A stretch of 32,000 bases of DNA from Ureaplasma parvum serovar 3 str. ATCC 27815 (GCF_000019345.1 NC_010503.1:210001-242000); one strand, 5' to 3'; shown: positions 9,296 to 27,758, numbered from the stretch's first letter. The notes: generated by a model not told the origin, from the letters alone. Translations and numbers: made by a program.

Positions 9296-10804
9296 ATGAA
9301 ATTAAATAAAAAAATAGGTTTGATAATCATTGATGGATTAGGAATTGGAAAAGAAGATAATACTAATGCTGTTCATTTAGCAAATCCACCAACATTAAAT
9401 TATTTGATTAATAATTTTCCCACATTACAAATTAGTGCGGCTCAACAAAATATTGGTTTACTTGAAAATCAAGCAGGTAACAGCGAAATTGGTCATTTAA
9501 CAATTGGTGCGGGCCGTATCATTTTAAATGATAATGCAAATATTAATAATTATATGAAATCCGTTGATTATGAAAGTGCAGTTTTAAGCAATATTAAAAA
9601 TGAAATTGTTCATATTGTTGGCATGTATTCGAATGGTTTAGTACATAGTAATTATGAACATATTCATTGAATTATTAAACAAATAATTAAAAACAATAAT
9701 CAGGTTGTTTTACATTTAATTTCTGATGGACGAGATGACTATCCTTATGGTTTTGCTCAATTCATTGAACAAATTAATGCCTTAAAAAAACAATATAATA
9801 TTATTGTAAAGAGTCTAAGTGGGCGTTATTTTGCAATGGATCGTGATCAGCGATGAGAACGTACCCAAAAAGCATTTAATGCAATGTTTGTTAAGCAAGA
9901 TAAAATATGTGAAAAAACATTTTTAGAGGTTGCACAATCAATCGCAAATTCTTATAAAAGTGATGAATTTGTTCAACCTGTAGTTTTTAATGATGATGAA
10001 AAATATAATTTAAAACCACATCAAAAAGTGATTTTAGCAAACTATCGTTCAGATCGTATGCGCCAGTTAGCACACTTACTTAAACCTAACAAAAAATTTC
10101 ATTACAATAATCCGTTTTTAGTTCAAGATGTTAATTTAATTACTTTAGTACCATTCCCTGATGTTGATGCAATAGCTTTATTTGAGAAGCAAAATTTAAA
10201 TAACACTTTAGGTGATGTTTTTAATAAACACCAAATAAAAGAAGCTCGAATTGCAGAAACAGAAAAATATGCCCATATATCTTTTTTCTTTGATGGCGGT
10301 GTTAATAAATATTATTCGACAAAAACACAATATTTGATTCCTTCGCAAAAAGTTGCTACTTATGATTTATGTCCCCAAATGTCAGCACATTTAATTACGA
10401 AAACTATTATCGATCATTATTTCGATCATGATGTTTTTATTGTTAATTATGCAAATCCTGATATGGTTGGTCATAGCGGCAATATGCAGCAAACAATTGA
10501 AGCAATTCTAAGTGTTGACCATGAAATTCGAAAATTATATGATTTTTTTGAAAAGAATAATGGTGTGTTGATGATTACAGGTGATCATGGAAATGCTGAA
10601 ATGATGCTTGATGATCAAAAACAAGTAATTACTTCTCACAGTGTTAATGATGTTTGGTTTATTATCACAGATAATAAAGTTATTTTAAATTCGACACAAA
10701 AATTTAGTTTAGCAAATATTGCTCCAACTATTTTGGAATATTTAAATATCGCTCAACCAATTCAAATGACAGCAACGAGTATGATAAAAAAGATTTGTGA
10801 ATAG
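9296..10804 (+). CDS. gpmI: 2,3-bisphosphoglycerate-independent phosphoglycerate mutase
   Basis: [44 protein letters not shown] and [10 protein letters not shown]; 503 codons. Confidence 0.96.
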
Positions 10805-10850
10805 TTTTATTATGCTATTATAATAATTTGATATACGAAGGAGTTTTATA

Positions 10851-11726
10851 ATGGATAAAAAAGCTAAAATTTATACTTGATCACACATTATTTTAATTGT
10901 TTTTAGCTTAGTTTGTTTGCATTGGTTTTTCATTTTATCAATCACAATTCCTAACCAAACTGGTTTTTTAATTAATCGAGTTGGTCAATGAATAAATTCA
11001 TCTAGTACATATGCTTATAAAATTGATCCTCGATCATTATTTTATTTAAATTATACTTTAAACTTTAATATTGCTTTAAATGCAAGTGGTATAGCTAGTA
11101 TTGTTTTATTTATTTGTTATATTTTAACATTTATTTTTAATCTAATAATGATTGGAATTATTAGATCTTGAAGGCCAAGTTTATTACATTTAATAATTGC
11201 TATATTAATTTGACTTGCTATTTTATATTTATTTATCATTATTATGATCAAACCAAACTTTAATCAGATTATTAATAATAGTTATTATACATGATTAAAA
11301 AATGTTATTTTTAATGATCAAACTTTAACACTTAATAAAAAAAATGTGATTTTAAATACTTATATTAATCACTATCATTTACCAATAATTAATGATCCAC
11401 AAGTTGCTTTATTAGATATTAGCAAACACCAAATTAATAATGAAAATTTAACATTTAATCCTTCATACAACTATAATGCCAATCTTTATTTTACAAAAGC
11501 AAAATTAATTTATTGTACTTATACAATTATTGGAATAATTTTTATCATTAGTTTTATTTATTATCTAAGTGAAATTATTAAACGATGTTTATTAGTTAAT
11601 GACAATTGAAAAATTAAACAACACGAACGAAAAGATGGTTTAAATATAAAAAAAAGAAAAAATAAACAAGAAATTGTTGCTCCTGACCCTATTTTAGAAG
11701 AAATTTTTAAAGAATTAGATTTATAA
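10851..11726 (+). CDS. Multi-pass membrane protein of unknown function
   Basis: aaggag RBS 7 nt before ATG 10851. Four predicted TM segments with a large loop between the third and fourth; TAA at 11724; contains several UGA-Trp codons. The track recovers only the 11346..11609 part. Confidence 0.85.
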
Positions 11727-11772
11727 AAAATATTGAAGACACTTGTTTAATTATTTGTCTTAATATTTTTTT
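11725..11772 (+). terminator. Rho-independent terminator
   Basis: aaaaaatattgaagaca ... tgtcttaatatttttt stem with a one-base bulge. Confidence 0.65.
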
Positions 11773-11828
11773 AATTTTTAACATAAAATTAATGTATAAG
11801 TCTTTTAAAAAAGAGGAATTAACAACAT

Positions 11829-14085
<2,257 letters not shown>

Positions 14086-14096
14086 AGGGAAAATTA

Positions 14097-15521
14097 ATGT
14101 TTTCAAAAACACGCATTATTGCTACAGTAGGTCCAGCAACAACAAAATTGTTTTCTAATTGGTTAGAATTTAACGATTTAAATAATATAAATGATGCTCA
14201 ACAAGTATGCATAAACATTAAAGATTTAATTTTAAGTGGTGTTAATATTTTTCGTATGAATTTAAGTCATGGCGACCAAAAAATACACCTTTTTCGTACA
14301 CAATTAATTAAAAAAATTGCGGATGAATTAAAGATCAAAGTTGAAATATTATTTGATACAAAAGGACCAGAAATTCGTGTTTGTGAAATGAGTGATAATA
14401 ATTTTATTATTAAAAATAGTGAAGTTATAATACATTGTAAAGAAAAAGTTTTAGGTAGTTTTAATGAGTTTAGTGTTACTGATGCTACTGGACAATACAA
14501 TATGATTAGTGATGTTAAAATTAATCACCGAATTTTAATCGACGATGGAAAATTAATTTTAATTGTTAAAAAAATTGATTTTCTAAAAAACATCATTTAT
14601 ACAACCGCTAAAAATAGTTATTCATTAAAAACAAATAAACGCTTAAATTTACCAGATGCCAATTATAGTTTGCCGTTTTTGTCAAAGAAAGATATTGATG
14701 ATATAAATTTAGCAGTTAAATTAAAAATTCCTTATTTGGCTTTATCGTTTATTTCTAATATTAAACAAATTAATGAGGTTAAACAACTTTTAAAAAAGTC
14801 CTCATTTATACCAAAATTAATTGCAAAAATTGAAACTCAAGAAGCAATTGATAATCTAGAAGAAATTATTAAAAATACTGATGGTATCATGGTTGCGCGT
14901 GGGGATTTAGGGCTAGAAGTACCTTTTTATAAAATTCCTATTTATCAAAATAAAATTGTTGAATTATGCCATAAATACAATAAATATTGTATTATAGCGA
15001 CACAAATGTTAGATTCATTAGAACGTAATATTATCCCCACACGAGCTGAAGTCACAGATGTTTATTATGCCGTTAAACAAAAGGTTAACGCAACAATGTT
15101 ATCAGGCGAAACGGCCGCAGGAATTGATCCAATTAATGCTGTACAAGTTATGAAATCTATTATTTTAGAGACAGAAAATAATAATATAGAAAACGAAATA
15201 ACATTTAAAAAAAATGAATTATTAATTCCTAAGGAAGTTAAATTAAAAATTTTATCATTTCATAAATTAAAAATAAATAAACATAAATTATTAGTTGTTA
15301 ATTTAATTAGTAAAAATTCTAAACATTTAGTTTATGATATATTAAAATATGATTTTAATTTTAATATTTTATTTGTTATAGATAAAAATCAAGAACATGA
15401 TTTATTATTAAAAAATGCTAATTTTATTATTAGTGAAAATAAAATGTTAAAACAAGAAGAATTATTAAAATCATTTAATATTGATTTTAATAATCATGAA
15501 TTTTTATTTATTTCAATTTAA
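14097..15521 (+). CDS. pyk: Pyruvate kinase
   Basis: TRIIATVGPAT, FDTKGPEIRV, DGIMVARGDLGLEVP, ATQMLDSL and TSGETAAG-like SGETAAGIDP; 474 aa. Confidence 0.96.
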   Translation: MFSKTRIIATVGPATTKLFSNWLEFNDLNNINDAQQVCINIKDLILSGVNIFRMNLSHGDQKIHLFRTQLIKKIADELKIKVEILFDTKGPEIRVCEMSDNNFIIKNSEVIIHCKEKVLGSFNEFSVTDATGQYNMISDVKINHRILIDDGKLILIVKKIDFLKNIIYTTAKNSYSLKTNKRLNLPDANYSLPFLSKKDIDDINLAVKLKIPYLALSFISNIKQINEVKQLLKKSSFIPKLIAKIETQEAIDNLEEIIKNTDGIMVARGDLGLEVPFYKIPIYQNKIVELCHKYNKYCIIATQMLDSLERNIIPTRAEVTDVYYAVKQKVNATMLSGETAAGIDPINAVQVMKSIILETENNNIENEITFKKNELLIPKEVKLKILSFHKLKINKHKLLVVNLISKNSKHLVYDILKYDFNFNILFVIDKNQEHDLLLKNANFIISENKMLKQEELLKSFNIDFNNHEFLFISI

Positions 15522-15558
15522 AATAAAAATAATTTTATTATTAATATCTTTAATATAG

Positions 15559-15564
15559 TATAAT
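15559..15564 (+). promoter_or_regulatory. Candidate -10 box (TATAAT) for rpoBC
   Basis: Exact TATAAT in the pyk-rpoB intergenic region, 80 nt upstream of the rpoB ATG. Confidence 0.45.
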
Positions 15565-15579
15565 TATAAAATATTCTGT

Positions 15580-15616
15580 CTATTTAAGCACAAATGTGTA
15601 ATAAATAGGCTTTTTT
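15580..15616 (+). promoter_or_regulatory. Terminator-like hairpin in the rpoB leader; possible attenuator
   Basis: ctattt aag cac aaat gtg taat aaatag followed by gctttttt, between the candidate promoter and the rpoB RBS. Confidence 0.4.
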
Positions 15617-15643
15617 CTATTTTTGTGAGGTACTAGTTAGAAT

Positions 15644-18600
15644 ATGCAAAATAATAAAAATTATACTGAGAAATTTATTACTGATAAAGTAATGCGAAGA
15701 GATTATTCAAAAATTAAATCTAATTTTGAAGGACCAAATCTACTTGAAATTCAAGTTGAATCTTTTAAACGCTTTATGGAGAAAGATTTAAAAGAAGTTA
15801 TTTCAAGTATTTTTCCATTAAAATCTCCTCAGGGTAAGTATACGTTAGCATTTAAAGGTTTAAAAATTAAGCAGCCAACAAAAGATGAAAGTGCTTGTCG
15901 TGACGAAGGTAAAACATTTGAAACACCAATTTATATTGATTTGGAATTAACAGATAACTACACAGGTGAAGTTAAACGTGCACAACGAAATACTAAAACA
16001 GGAGAAGATGGTATTTATTTAGGAGCAATTCCCAAAATGACAGAAAAAGGAACTTTTGTTATTAATGGAATTGAAAAATTTGTTATCTCACAAATTGTTA
16101 GATCACCAGGAATTTATGTACTTGGTAAATCAAGCATCAAATTGAACGGTTCACGTAAGCGTTTATTTGAAGGCAAAATTTGTGAAATTTATCCTTCTAA
16201 GGGTACTTTGATGCTTGGTTATATTCCTAAGGATCGTCATAATATTCAAATTGTTGCACGTGATTCATCTGGTGATAATGCGCAAACATTTTCAGTAACT
16301 ACTTTACTAAAAGCTTTTGGTTTAACAAGTGCTGAAATCTTAAAAATTTTTAATAATGAAAAAGAGATTCGTGAATCATTAGAAATTGAAAAATATGCGC
16401 CAGAATATATTTTTGAAAATTCACAAGAAAATGAAATTATTTTTAAAATTTATAGTGATGCTCATGATATTCATGAGAAAGCCGATCGTCGAGAATCAAA
16501 TAATAAGTTAAAAGAAGAATATATAGAACAAGGTTCACCACTTTTATCAAAGTTAAAACAACTAATTTTTAATTATGTTGAAAAAAACGATGAAATTGAT
16601 GCATTATTACATGAAAATAAAGATGTTGAAGATGCTAGTTTCATTAAGAATAATAAAAAATTATATGATGAAAGAGAAGAAATCATTAATTGCATCATTA
16701 GTGAAAAAGCAGCTAAGGATATCGTTGAATTATTAGGTATTAATATTAAAAATATAGAAACACTAAGACATTTAGGCAAAGCTTCTTATCAAATAGCTTT
16801 ACAACAACATTTTTTTAATAAGCGTTTATATGATATTAGTAGTGCTGGACGCTATAAATTTGAAAAAAAATTATTATTAAGTGAACGTTTATATCAAAAA
16901 GTAATTGCGAATGATATTATTGATAAAAAAAATAATATTCTAATTCCTAAAGATACTTTAATTACTAAAGAACATATCGAACTAATAAAAAAAGAATCAC
17001 GTGATAAAAACATTAAATGAACAAAAAAAATTAATTTATTACCAACAGCATTAGAATCAGAAATTGAACAATTTTTAGAATATGAAAGTATTGCAGTTTA
17101 TAAAGATAATGATTTAAGAGATGAAACAACAGAGATTGTCGGTCTAGCATCAGGTTGCAAACTTCAAACTTTAACCGTGGCTGACTTAGTTGCTACAACA
17201 AGTTATATTTATAACTTGAATTATGAAATTGGTGAATTTGATGATATAGATCATTTAGGTAATAAAAGACTTAAATTGATTCATGAATTATTACGAGCAA
17301 GAATTGCTACAAGTATGGCTCGTATTGAGAAGTTTATTAATGAAAAGTTGGCTATTTCTGATGGTTCAAGCAATAACATTACAAATGTTAATGATAAAGG
17401 TATTGATACTGAACTTGATCGTGAAATTGAAGAAAGCGATATGAGTGATGAGGAAAAGAAAAAAGCAATTAGTGTTAAATCAATTATTAATACAAAACAA
17501 TTCCAAAGTTTAGTTAAAGATTTTTTTAATTCACATCAATTAATTCAATTTATTGACCAACAAAATCCATTAGCAGAATTAACTAATAAACGTCGTATTT
17601 CAGCGATGGGTCCAGGAGGAATTAGTCGTGAAGACCCTAATTTAGATATTCGTGATGTTCATCACTCTCACTATTCGCGTATTTGCCCGATTGAAACACC
17701 AGAAGGAATGAATATTGGGTTGATTATGTCTTTAGCATCACTTGCAAAAGTAGATGAAAATGGTTTTATTGTAGCACCTTATTATGTTGTTGAGGATGGG
17801 GTTGTAAAAGAAGATTATAAATATTTAACAGCCCATGAAGATGATAACTATATTATTGCTGAATCATCAGTCCAATTAGATGAAAATAAACGAATTTTAG
17901 ATGAACAAGTTGTTGCTCGATATCGTGGCTCAACAGGTTTATTTAGTCCTAATGAAGTTGATTTTATTGATATTGTTCCAAAACAAGTAGTATCAATTGC
18001 TGCATCAGCAATTCCATTTATTGAAAATGACGATGGGGCACGTGCTTTGATGGGGTCAAACATGCAACGTCAAGCAACACCTTTAATTAAACCATATGCC
18101 CCTATTGTAGGGACAGGTACAGAATTTAAAATTGCACACGATTCAGGAATGGCTGTTGTTGCTAAAAATGACGGAGTGGTTGAATTTGTTGATAGTCAAA
18201 AAATTATCATTAGAAATGATAATGATAAATTAGATGATTATAAATTAATTAAATATCGTAAATCAAATCAAGACACATGTAATAACCAAATTCCAATTGT
18301 AAAAGTAGGTCAAAGAGTTCACAAATCTGAAACAATTGGTGATGGACCTGCAATGCAAAATGGTGAATTAGCTTTAGGTCGTAATATTCTAGTTGGTTAT
18401 ACAACTTGACGAGGTTATAATTTTGAAGATGCTATTATTATTTCTGAACGTTTAGTTGATCAAGATGTATTTACATCAATTCATATTGATGAGCATACAA
18501 TTCAATGTATGAAAACAAAAAACGGTGATGAAGAAATCACTCGTGACATGCCTAATGTCTCTGATACTGCAAAACGTTTTTTAGATAATCAAGGTATCGT

Positions 18601-19948
18601 TTTAGTTGGCGCTGAAGTTCATGAAGGAGATGTTTTAGTTGGAAAAACAACTCCACGAGGTAATGTTGAAACTGCTCCAGAAGATCGTTTATTGCAAACA
18701 ATTTTTGGCGATAAATCAAAAACAGTTAAAGATTCATCACTAAAAGTAAAACACGGTCAAGAAGGAATTGTTGCTGCTGTTAAGCGAATTAAATCAAGTG
18801 ATGAAAATGGTAGTGAATTACCAGATGACGTAATTGAAATTATCAAAGTTTATATTGTTCAAAAACGTAAAATTCAAGTTGGTGACAAAATGGCAGGGCG
18901 TCATGGAAATAAAGGAATTGTATCAAAAGTTGTTCCTATTCAAGATATGCCTTTTTTAAAAGACGGGACTCCATTAGATATTATGTTAAATCCATTAGGT
19001 GTACCTAGTCGTATGAATATTGGTCAAATTTTAGAATTGCACTTAGGTTATGCTGCGGCTGAAATAGGTAAAAAACAATTAATTCAAATTGCAATTGATC
19101 AATTAGGTTATGAAAAATATATTTCATTGTTTGGAATCAATGAAATTATTGCTAAAAAACTTTATGAAAATATTAGTAATTTAATTAAACACAAACAAGC
19201 AAAACAGGCAAAAGATATAGATTTAATTGATGTGACAATTATTCTAAAAGAATTGGGATTATCATATGATGATATTGGAATTAAAATTTCAACTCCTGTA
19301 TTTGATGGTGCAAATCATGATGATATTGTTTCTATTATGAATGAAGCAAACATTGATATTGAAAATAATAAGGGTAAACAAGTTCTATATGATGGAAGAA
19401 CTGGTGAACCATTCGATGGTTTAATTTCAGTTGGATTAACATACATGTTAAAACTAGATCATATGGTTGATGATAAAATTCACAGTCGTTCGGTTGGTCC
19501 ATATAGTAAAATTACACAACAACCATTGGGTGGTAAATCACAAAATGGAGGCCAACGTTTTGGTGAAATGGAAGTTTGAGCTTTAGAAGCTTATGGTGCA
19601 GCTTATAATTTATTAGAAATTTTAACAATTAAATCCGATGATGTTCAAGGACGTAATCAAGCTTACAATGCTATTATAAAAGGTCACGATGTTGTTGCTG
19701 ATGGAATGCCAGAATCATTTAAATTATTAACAAAACAAATGCAAGGTTTAGGGTTATGTATTACCGTTGAAACAAAAGATGATCGTATGGTAGATATTAA
19801 TGAATATACACTAAATCAAAATCGTTTAAATAATGACGATGATGAGGTTATTTTAGATGAAAATCTAAAAGAGATCAATGATTCTAATGAAGAAATATTT
19901 AATACAAACTTTAATAATAATGACTATGATGATGAAGAGAACTTCTAA
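15644..19948 (+). CDS. rpoB: DNA-directed RNA polymerase subunit beta
   Basis: Track ORFs at 15644, 17177, 18509 and 19706 are all in one frame. Motifs: [33 protein letters not shown]-like [12 protein letters not shown] and [12 protein letters not shown]; 1435 codons. Confidence 0.97.
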
Positions 19949-19969
19949 ATAATAGAAAGGTAAAATAAT

Positions 19970-23887
<3,918 letters not shown>

Positions 23888-23927
23888 ATCCTTTTATTAA
23901 AAGTTTCACAAAATAACTTTGATATTT

Positions 23928-23960
23928 ACGTAGATGTGTGCTAAACACATTTACGTTTTA
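23928..23960 (+). terminator. Terminator after rpoC
   Basis: acgtagatgtgt-gctaa-acacatttacgt stem, one G:U pair, followed by ttta. Confidence 0.75.
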
Positions 23961-24009
23961 TTTATATATTTTTAATCATACTTATTTTTAGAAAATAGGA
24001 GAAAACAAG

Positions 24010-24531
24010 ATGAAATTATTAAAAAACAAAAAAATTTGGGTATTAACAATTAGTAGTGTTTTAATTGGTGTAAGTGTTATTACATCAATTGCTTCATGCT
24101 CTAGTTCAAACATAGAATCTAAATTAAGTGATAAATTAGTTGAAGATGAAGATAATAATTATTACGTAGCATATCAAATTTCAAATTATGAAAAATTAAA
24201 AGATTTTGAAAAAAAACAATTAGAAAAAGTCACTTTTTCAACATCTATTACCCCAACTGATAAAACAAAAAACTCACAAGTTTTTAATGCAAAAGTAAAT
24301 GAAGGCATTTTATTCAATCAGCAAGCGAAAACATTTTATATCAAATTAGTTCGTAAGCCTGAAGTTGGTGAAAGTATTATTATTTTACCAAATAATTCAA
24401 TTTTAAAAACACACGGCTTTGTAGTTACAAATGAAAATTTAAATTTTATTAAAATTAATAAAAAAGGCGAATTACAAAGATCTAATACGGCAATAACTAA
24501 AAAAAATAATTTAACTAACGAATATAAATAG
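24010..24531 (+). CDS. Short lipoprotein; head-only paralog of the 417..1916 lipoprotein
   Basis: The ATGAAATTATTAAAAAACAAAAAA start is identical to that at 417. It has a signal peptide and lipobox (SIASC). Shared pattern: ...RKPEVxExxxxxPxxxILKTxxxVxxNxNLN. Ends at codon 174. Confidence 0.88.
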   Translation: MKLLKNKKIWVLTISSVLIGVSVITSIASCSSSNIESKLSDKLVEDEDNNYYVAYQISNYEKLKDFEKKQLEKVTFSTSITPTDKTKNSQVFNAKVNEGILFNQQAKTFYIKLVRKPEVGESIIILPNNSILKTHGFVVTNENLNFIKINKKGELQRSNTAITKKNNLTNEYK

Positions 24532-24549
24532 AATTAAAATAAATAATGA

Positions 24550-24597
24550 TTAAATAAAAAATCTGATGGTTAACAGACTATCAGATCTTTTATTTAA
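24550..24597. terminator. Bidirectional terminator between convergent lipoprotein and degV genes
   Basis: ttaaataaaaaatctgatggtt - aaca - gactatcagatcttttatttaa, a 22-bp stem with one mismatch plus wobbles. Confidence 0.85.
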
Positions 24598-24604
24598 TAA
24601 GAGT

Positions 24605-25459
24605 CTATTTAGCTTCAATTAAGATAGCAAAATTATTTAAACCCACATGCGCATAAATACAACCCGGTAAATATGAAATTTTAATTTCAATAGTTTGTCG
24701 AATTTTTTCTTGTAATGAAGTTTTTAATGAATTGATTTGTGATTCATTTTCTAAATCAGTAAGAATTGCAATGTTCTTAATACCATTTGTGCGCCAATGA
24801 TTTTGATTATCAATTATATCTAATAATTTATCTATAGCTGTTGATAAATTCGGTGTTTTATCCATAAAATCTAATTGCCCATTTCAACGAACAATTAATT
24901 TTAAGCGTAAAGCTTTAGCTATAATTCCTTTAGTTTTTTTAACACGTCCGCCCGCAATTAATTGGTCTAAATTATTTACGATAACTCCACCTATAATTTT
25001 TTGTGAACGTTGTTTTACTAAACTAATTAATTCTTCATCACTCGGATTATTTTTTAAGAGTAAATTAATCTCATCAACTAATCATAAAATACCAATTGAA
25101 ACAGAACGTGAATCAATGCACACTAAATGTTTGTCTTTGTAATCTTCTTTAATAATACTTAGAGATTCAAAATAACTTGATAAACCACTTGATAATGTTA
25201 AAATAACAACACGATCATATTTTAAGAATAATTCATCTAATTTTTTCATAACAAAACCTGGTGAAGGTAATGAAGTATGAATATTTGTTTTATTAATTAA
25301 TATTTGTTTCAATTGTTCTTGACTAACGTCAATAACATCTTTTAATTCTTTTTCTATTTGTTGTTCTCTAATAATTAACTGAATAGGCACAAAATATACA
25401 TTATCATCTTTAATATCTAAGACGTTAGCACCTGTATCGATTAAAATTGCTGTTTTCAT
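24605..25459 (-). CDS. DegV family fatty-acid-binding protein
   Basis: MKTAILIDTGANV, THTSLPSPG-like NIHTSLPSPGFV and VVILTLSSGLSSYFESL; 285 codons after joining through UGA. Confidence 0.88.
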
Positions 25460-25603
25460 AAATCTACCCCTAATCAACTAAAACTTATTAAAAATTATAA
25501 TAAAAACAACATTATTAACTATGATTAAAAGTTAGATAAAGTTAATTTAATATTATAATTTATAAATAAAGAGAGTAATTTCTCTTTAAAAATTGGAGTT
25601 GAA

Positions 25604-26197
25604 ATGTATATTTATTATAATAAAACAAGTCTAAACGATACGTTAATTTTTTTAAAAAACAATCAGCAATATGATCATCAAGTGTTTTTAAACGATGACT
25701 TATTGCTTTTTTATCATGGTGATGAACTAATTGGTTTAAATTTATTTAATGCAAGTGAATATTTAAAAAATTTAAATGAAGGATATTTATATCCTACGAC
25801 TCAATTAATTCAAAAATTAAGTGATTTAATAAAAATAAAATTATCATTAGATAATGCTTTTAAAGGTTTTGTGGTAGGTAAAATTTTAGAAGTTAATTTA
25901 ATTCCCAATACTCATTTACATATTTGCTTAGTAGATATAGGTGATCAACAAATACAAATAATATGTGGAGCACAAAATGTCCGTATTGGCTTAAAAACGG
26001 TTGTAGCGACACCTAATTTATTAATGCCAAATGGAAATGAAATTAAAAAATCCAAATTAATGAACTATGATTCATTTGGAATGTTGTGTTCACAAAAAGA
26101 ATTAAATATTAATAATTTTAATTCACAAGGAATTGTCGAACTTAATGATGAATATCAGGTTGGTCAATTGTTTACAAAAGTTTATAGTAATTTATAA
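25604..26197 (+). CDS. Stand-alone tRNA-binding domain protein (YtpR-like)
   Basis: FVVGKILEVNLIPNTHLHICLVDIGDQQIQIICGAQNVRIGLKTVVATPNLLMPNG matches the EMAP/Trbp111-type OB fold. Confidence 0.85.
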   Translation: MYIYYNKTSLNDTLIFLKNNQQYDHQVFLNDDLLLFYHGDELIGLNLFNASEYLKNLNEGYLYPTTQLIQKLSDLIKIKLSLDNAFKGFVVGKILEVNLIPNTHLHICLVDIGDQQIQIICGAQNVRIGLKTVVATPNLLMPNGNEIKKSKLMNYDSFGMLCSQKELNINNFNSQGIVELNDEYQVGQLFTKVYSNL

Positions 26198-26216
26198 TTT
26201 AAAGTAGGTAAAATTA

Positions 26217-27209
26217 ATGTCAAAAAATGATGATATATTATTATTTAGTCTTTCAAATTCACATCAATTAGCTAATAAAATTGCTAATTTACTAAAAATT
26301 GAATTATCACCAATTAGAATTGATAAGTTTGCAGATGGTGAATTAATTGTTGCACCTCAAGTTCCAGTGCGTGGACGTCGAGTTATTATTATTCAATCAA
26401 CATCTAAACCTGTTAACGATAGTTTAATGGAATTATTAATCGCTATTGACTCAATTAAACGAGCTAGTGCCAAAGCAATTAGTGTTGTAATTCCTTATTA
26501 TGGATATGCACGTCAAGACCGTAAAGCTAAACCACGTGAACCAATTACAGCACGTTTAGTTGCAAAAATGATTGAGAGTGCGGGCGCAACTAGTGTATTA
26601 ACTTGAGATATTCATTCTTTACAAACACAAGGTTTTTTTGATATTCCGTTTGATTCATTAGAGGCTGTATGAGTTTTAATGAAACATTATTTTAGTGCTT
26701 ATAAAGATTCATCAAATATAACTATTGTTTCACCAGATTATGGTGGTGTCAAACGTGCTCGTGAAATTTCAATAGCTACAGGTGCAACATTAGCAATTGT
26801 TGATAAACGAAGATCTGGCAAAAATCAGGTGGAAATTAATAATGTATTAGGTGATGTTAAAGATCGTGATTGTGTAATTGTTGATGATATGATTGATACT
26901 GGTGGCACAATTTTAGGTGCTGCTAAAATTGTGCGTGAAAAAGGCGCTAAATCAATAACAATTATTGCTACACATGGTTTGTTTAATAATAATGCACGAC
27001 AACATTTTCAACAAGCAATTAAAGATCGAATTATTAATAAAATTTGTATAGCTGATACAATTGAAAATGAACCTTTTGATGGTCTTGAAATTGTAAGTAT
27101 CGCTCCAGCAATTGCCAAATGTATTGAAATTTATTCAGAGGGTACAGGTTCGATGTCGTTTGTACATGATGAAAATTCAAAAGTTTTATTTGCTAAAAAA
27201 ATATATTAA
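26217..27209 (+). CDS. prs: Ribose-phosphate pyrophosphokinase
   Basis: GYARQDRKAKPREPITARLVA, VSPDYGGVKRAR and CVIVDDMIDTGGT; 331 codons through UGA. Confidence 0.96.
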
Positions 27210-27215
27210 ATAAAA

Positions 27216-27755
27216 ATGAATAAACCAATTATCAAAGAAGTTATTATTGTAGAAGGTAAAACAGATGCACAAAAAATTGATCAATTAGTAAATGCACAAA
27301 TTATTACTACTAATGGATCAGAAATTAATAAAAAGACTTTAGCTTTAATTAAACAAGCACAATTATCAAAAGGAATTATTTTATTTTTAGATCCTGATTA
27401 TCAAGGAGAAAGAATTCGTAAAATAATTACTAATTATTTAAAAGATGGCATTATTAAACAGTGTTTTATTAGTAAGGACAATATGAAGAATAATTCTAAA
27501 AAAATTGGAATTGCTGAAGCTAATAATGATGCTTTATTGAAAGCTTTGAAATCTCAAGGAACATTCGTTATTAATTCAATTGAATCTATTACTTGATTAG
27601 AATACTTAAGTTTAAATTTAAATAACAAAAAAATACGTTTAATGCTTTGTGATTATTTAAATATTAGTTATTGTAATCACAAACAATTATTTAAAAGATT
27701 AAACATGATGCAAAAAACATTTAAAGAAATTAAAATAATTATTGAAGGATTTTAA
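27216..27755 (+). CDS. rnmV: Ribonuclease M5 (Toprim domain)
   Basis: IKEVIIVEGKTDAQKI, LFLDPDYQGERIRK and KKIGIAEANNDALLKAL; 180 codons through UGA. Confidence 0.88.
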
Positions 27756-27758
27756 CTT

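Noticed and set aside
14267-14500. Minus-strand ORF of 77 aa inside pyk
   Set aside because: Shadow ORF within a clearly coding pyruvate kinase.
16573-16779. Minus-strand ORF of 68 aa inside rpoB
   Set aside because: Shadow ORF; low-complexity translation of the antisense strand.
17848-18063. Minus-strand ORF of 71 aa inside rpoB
   Set aside because: Shadow ORF opposite conserved RpoB sequence.
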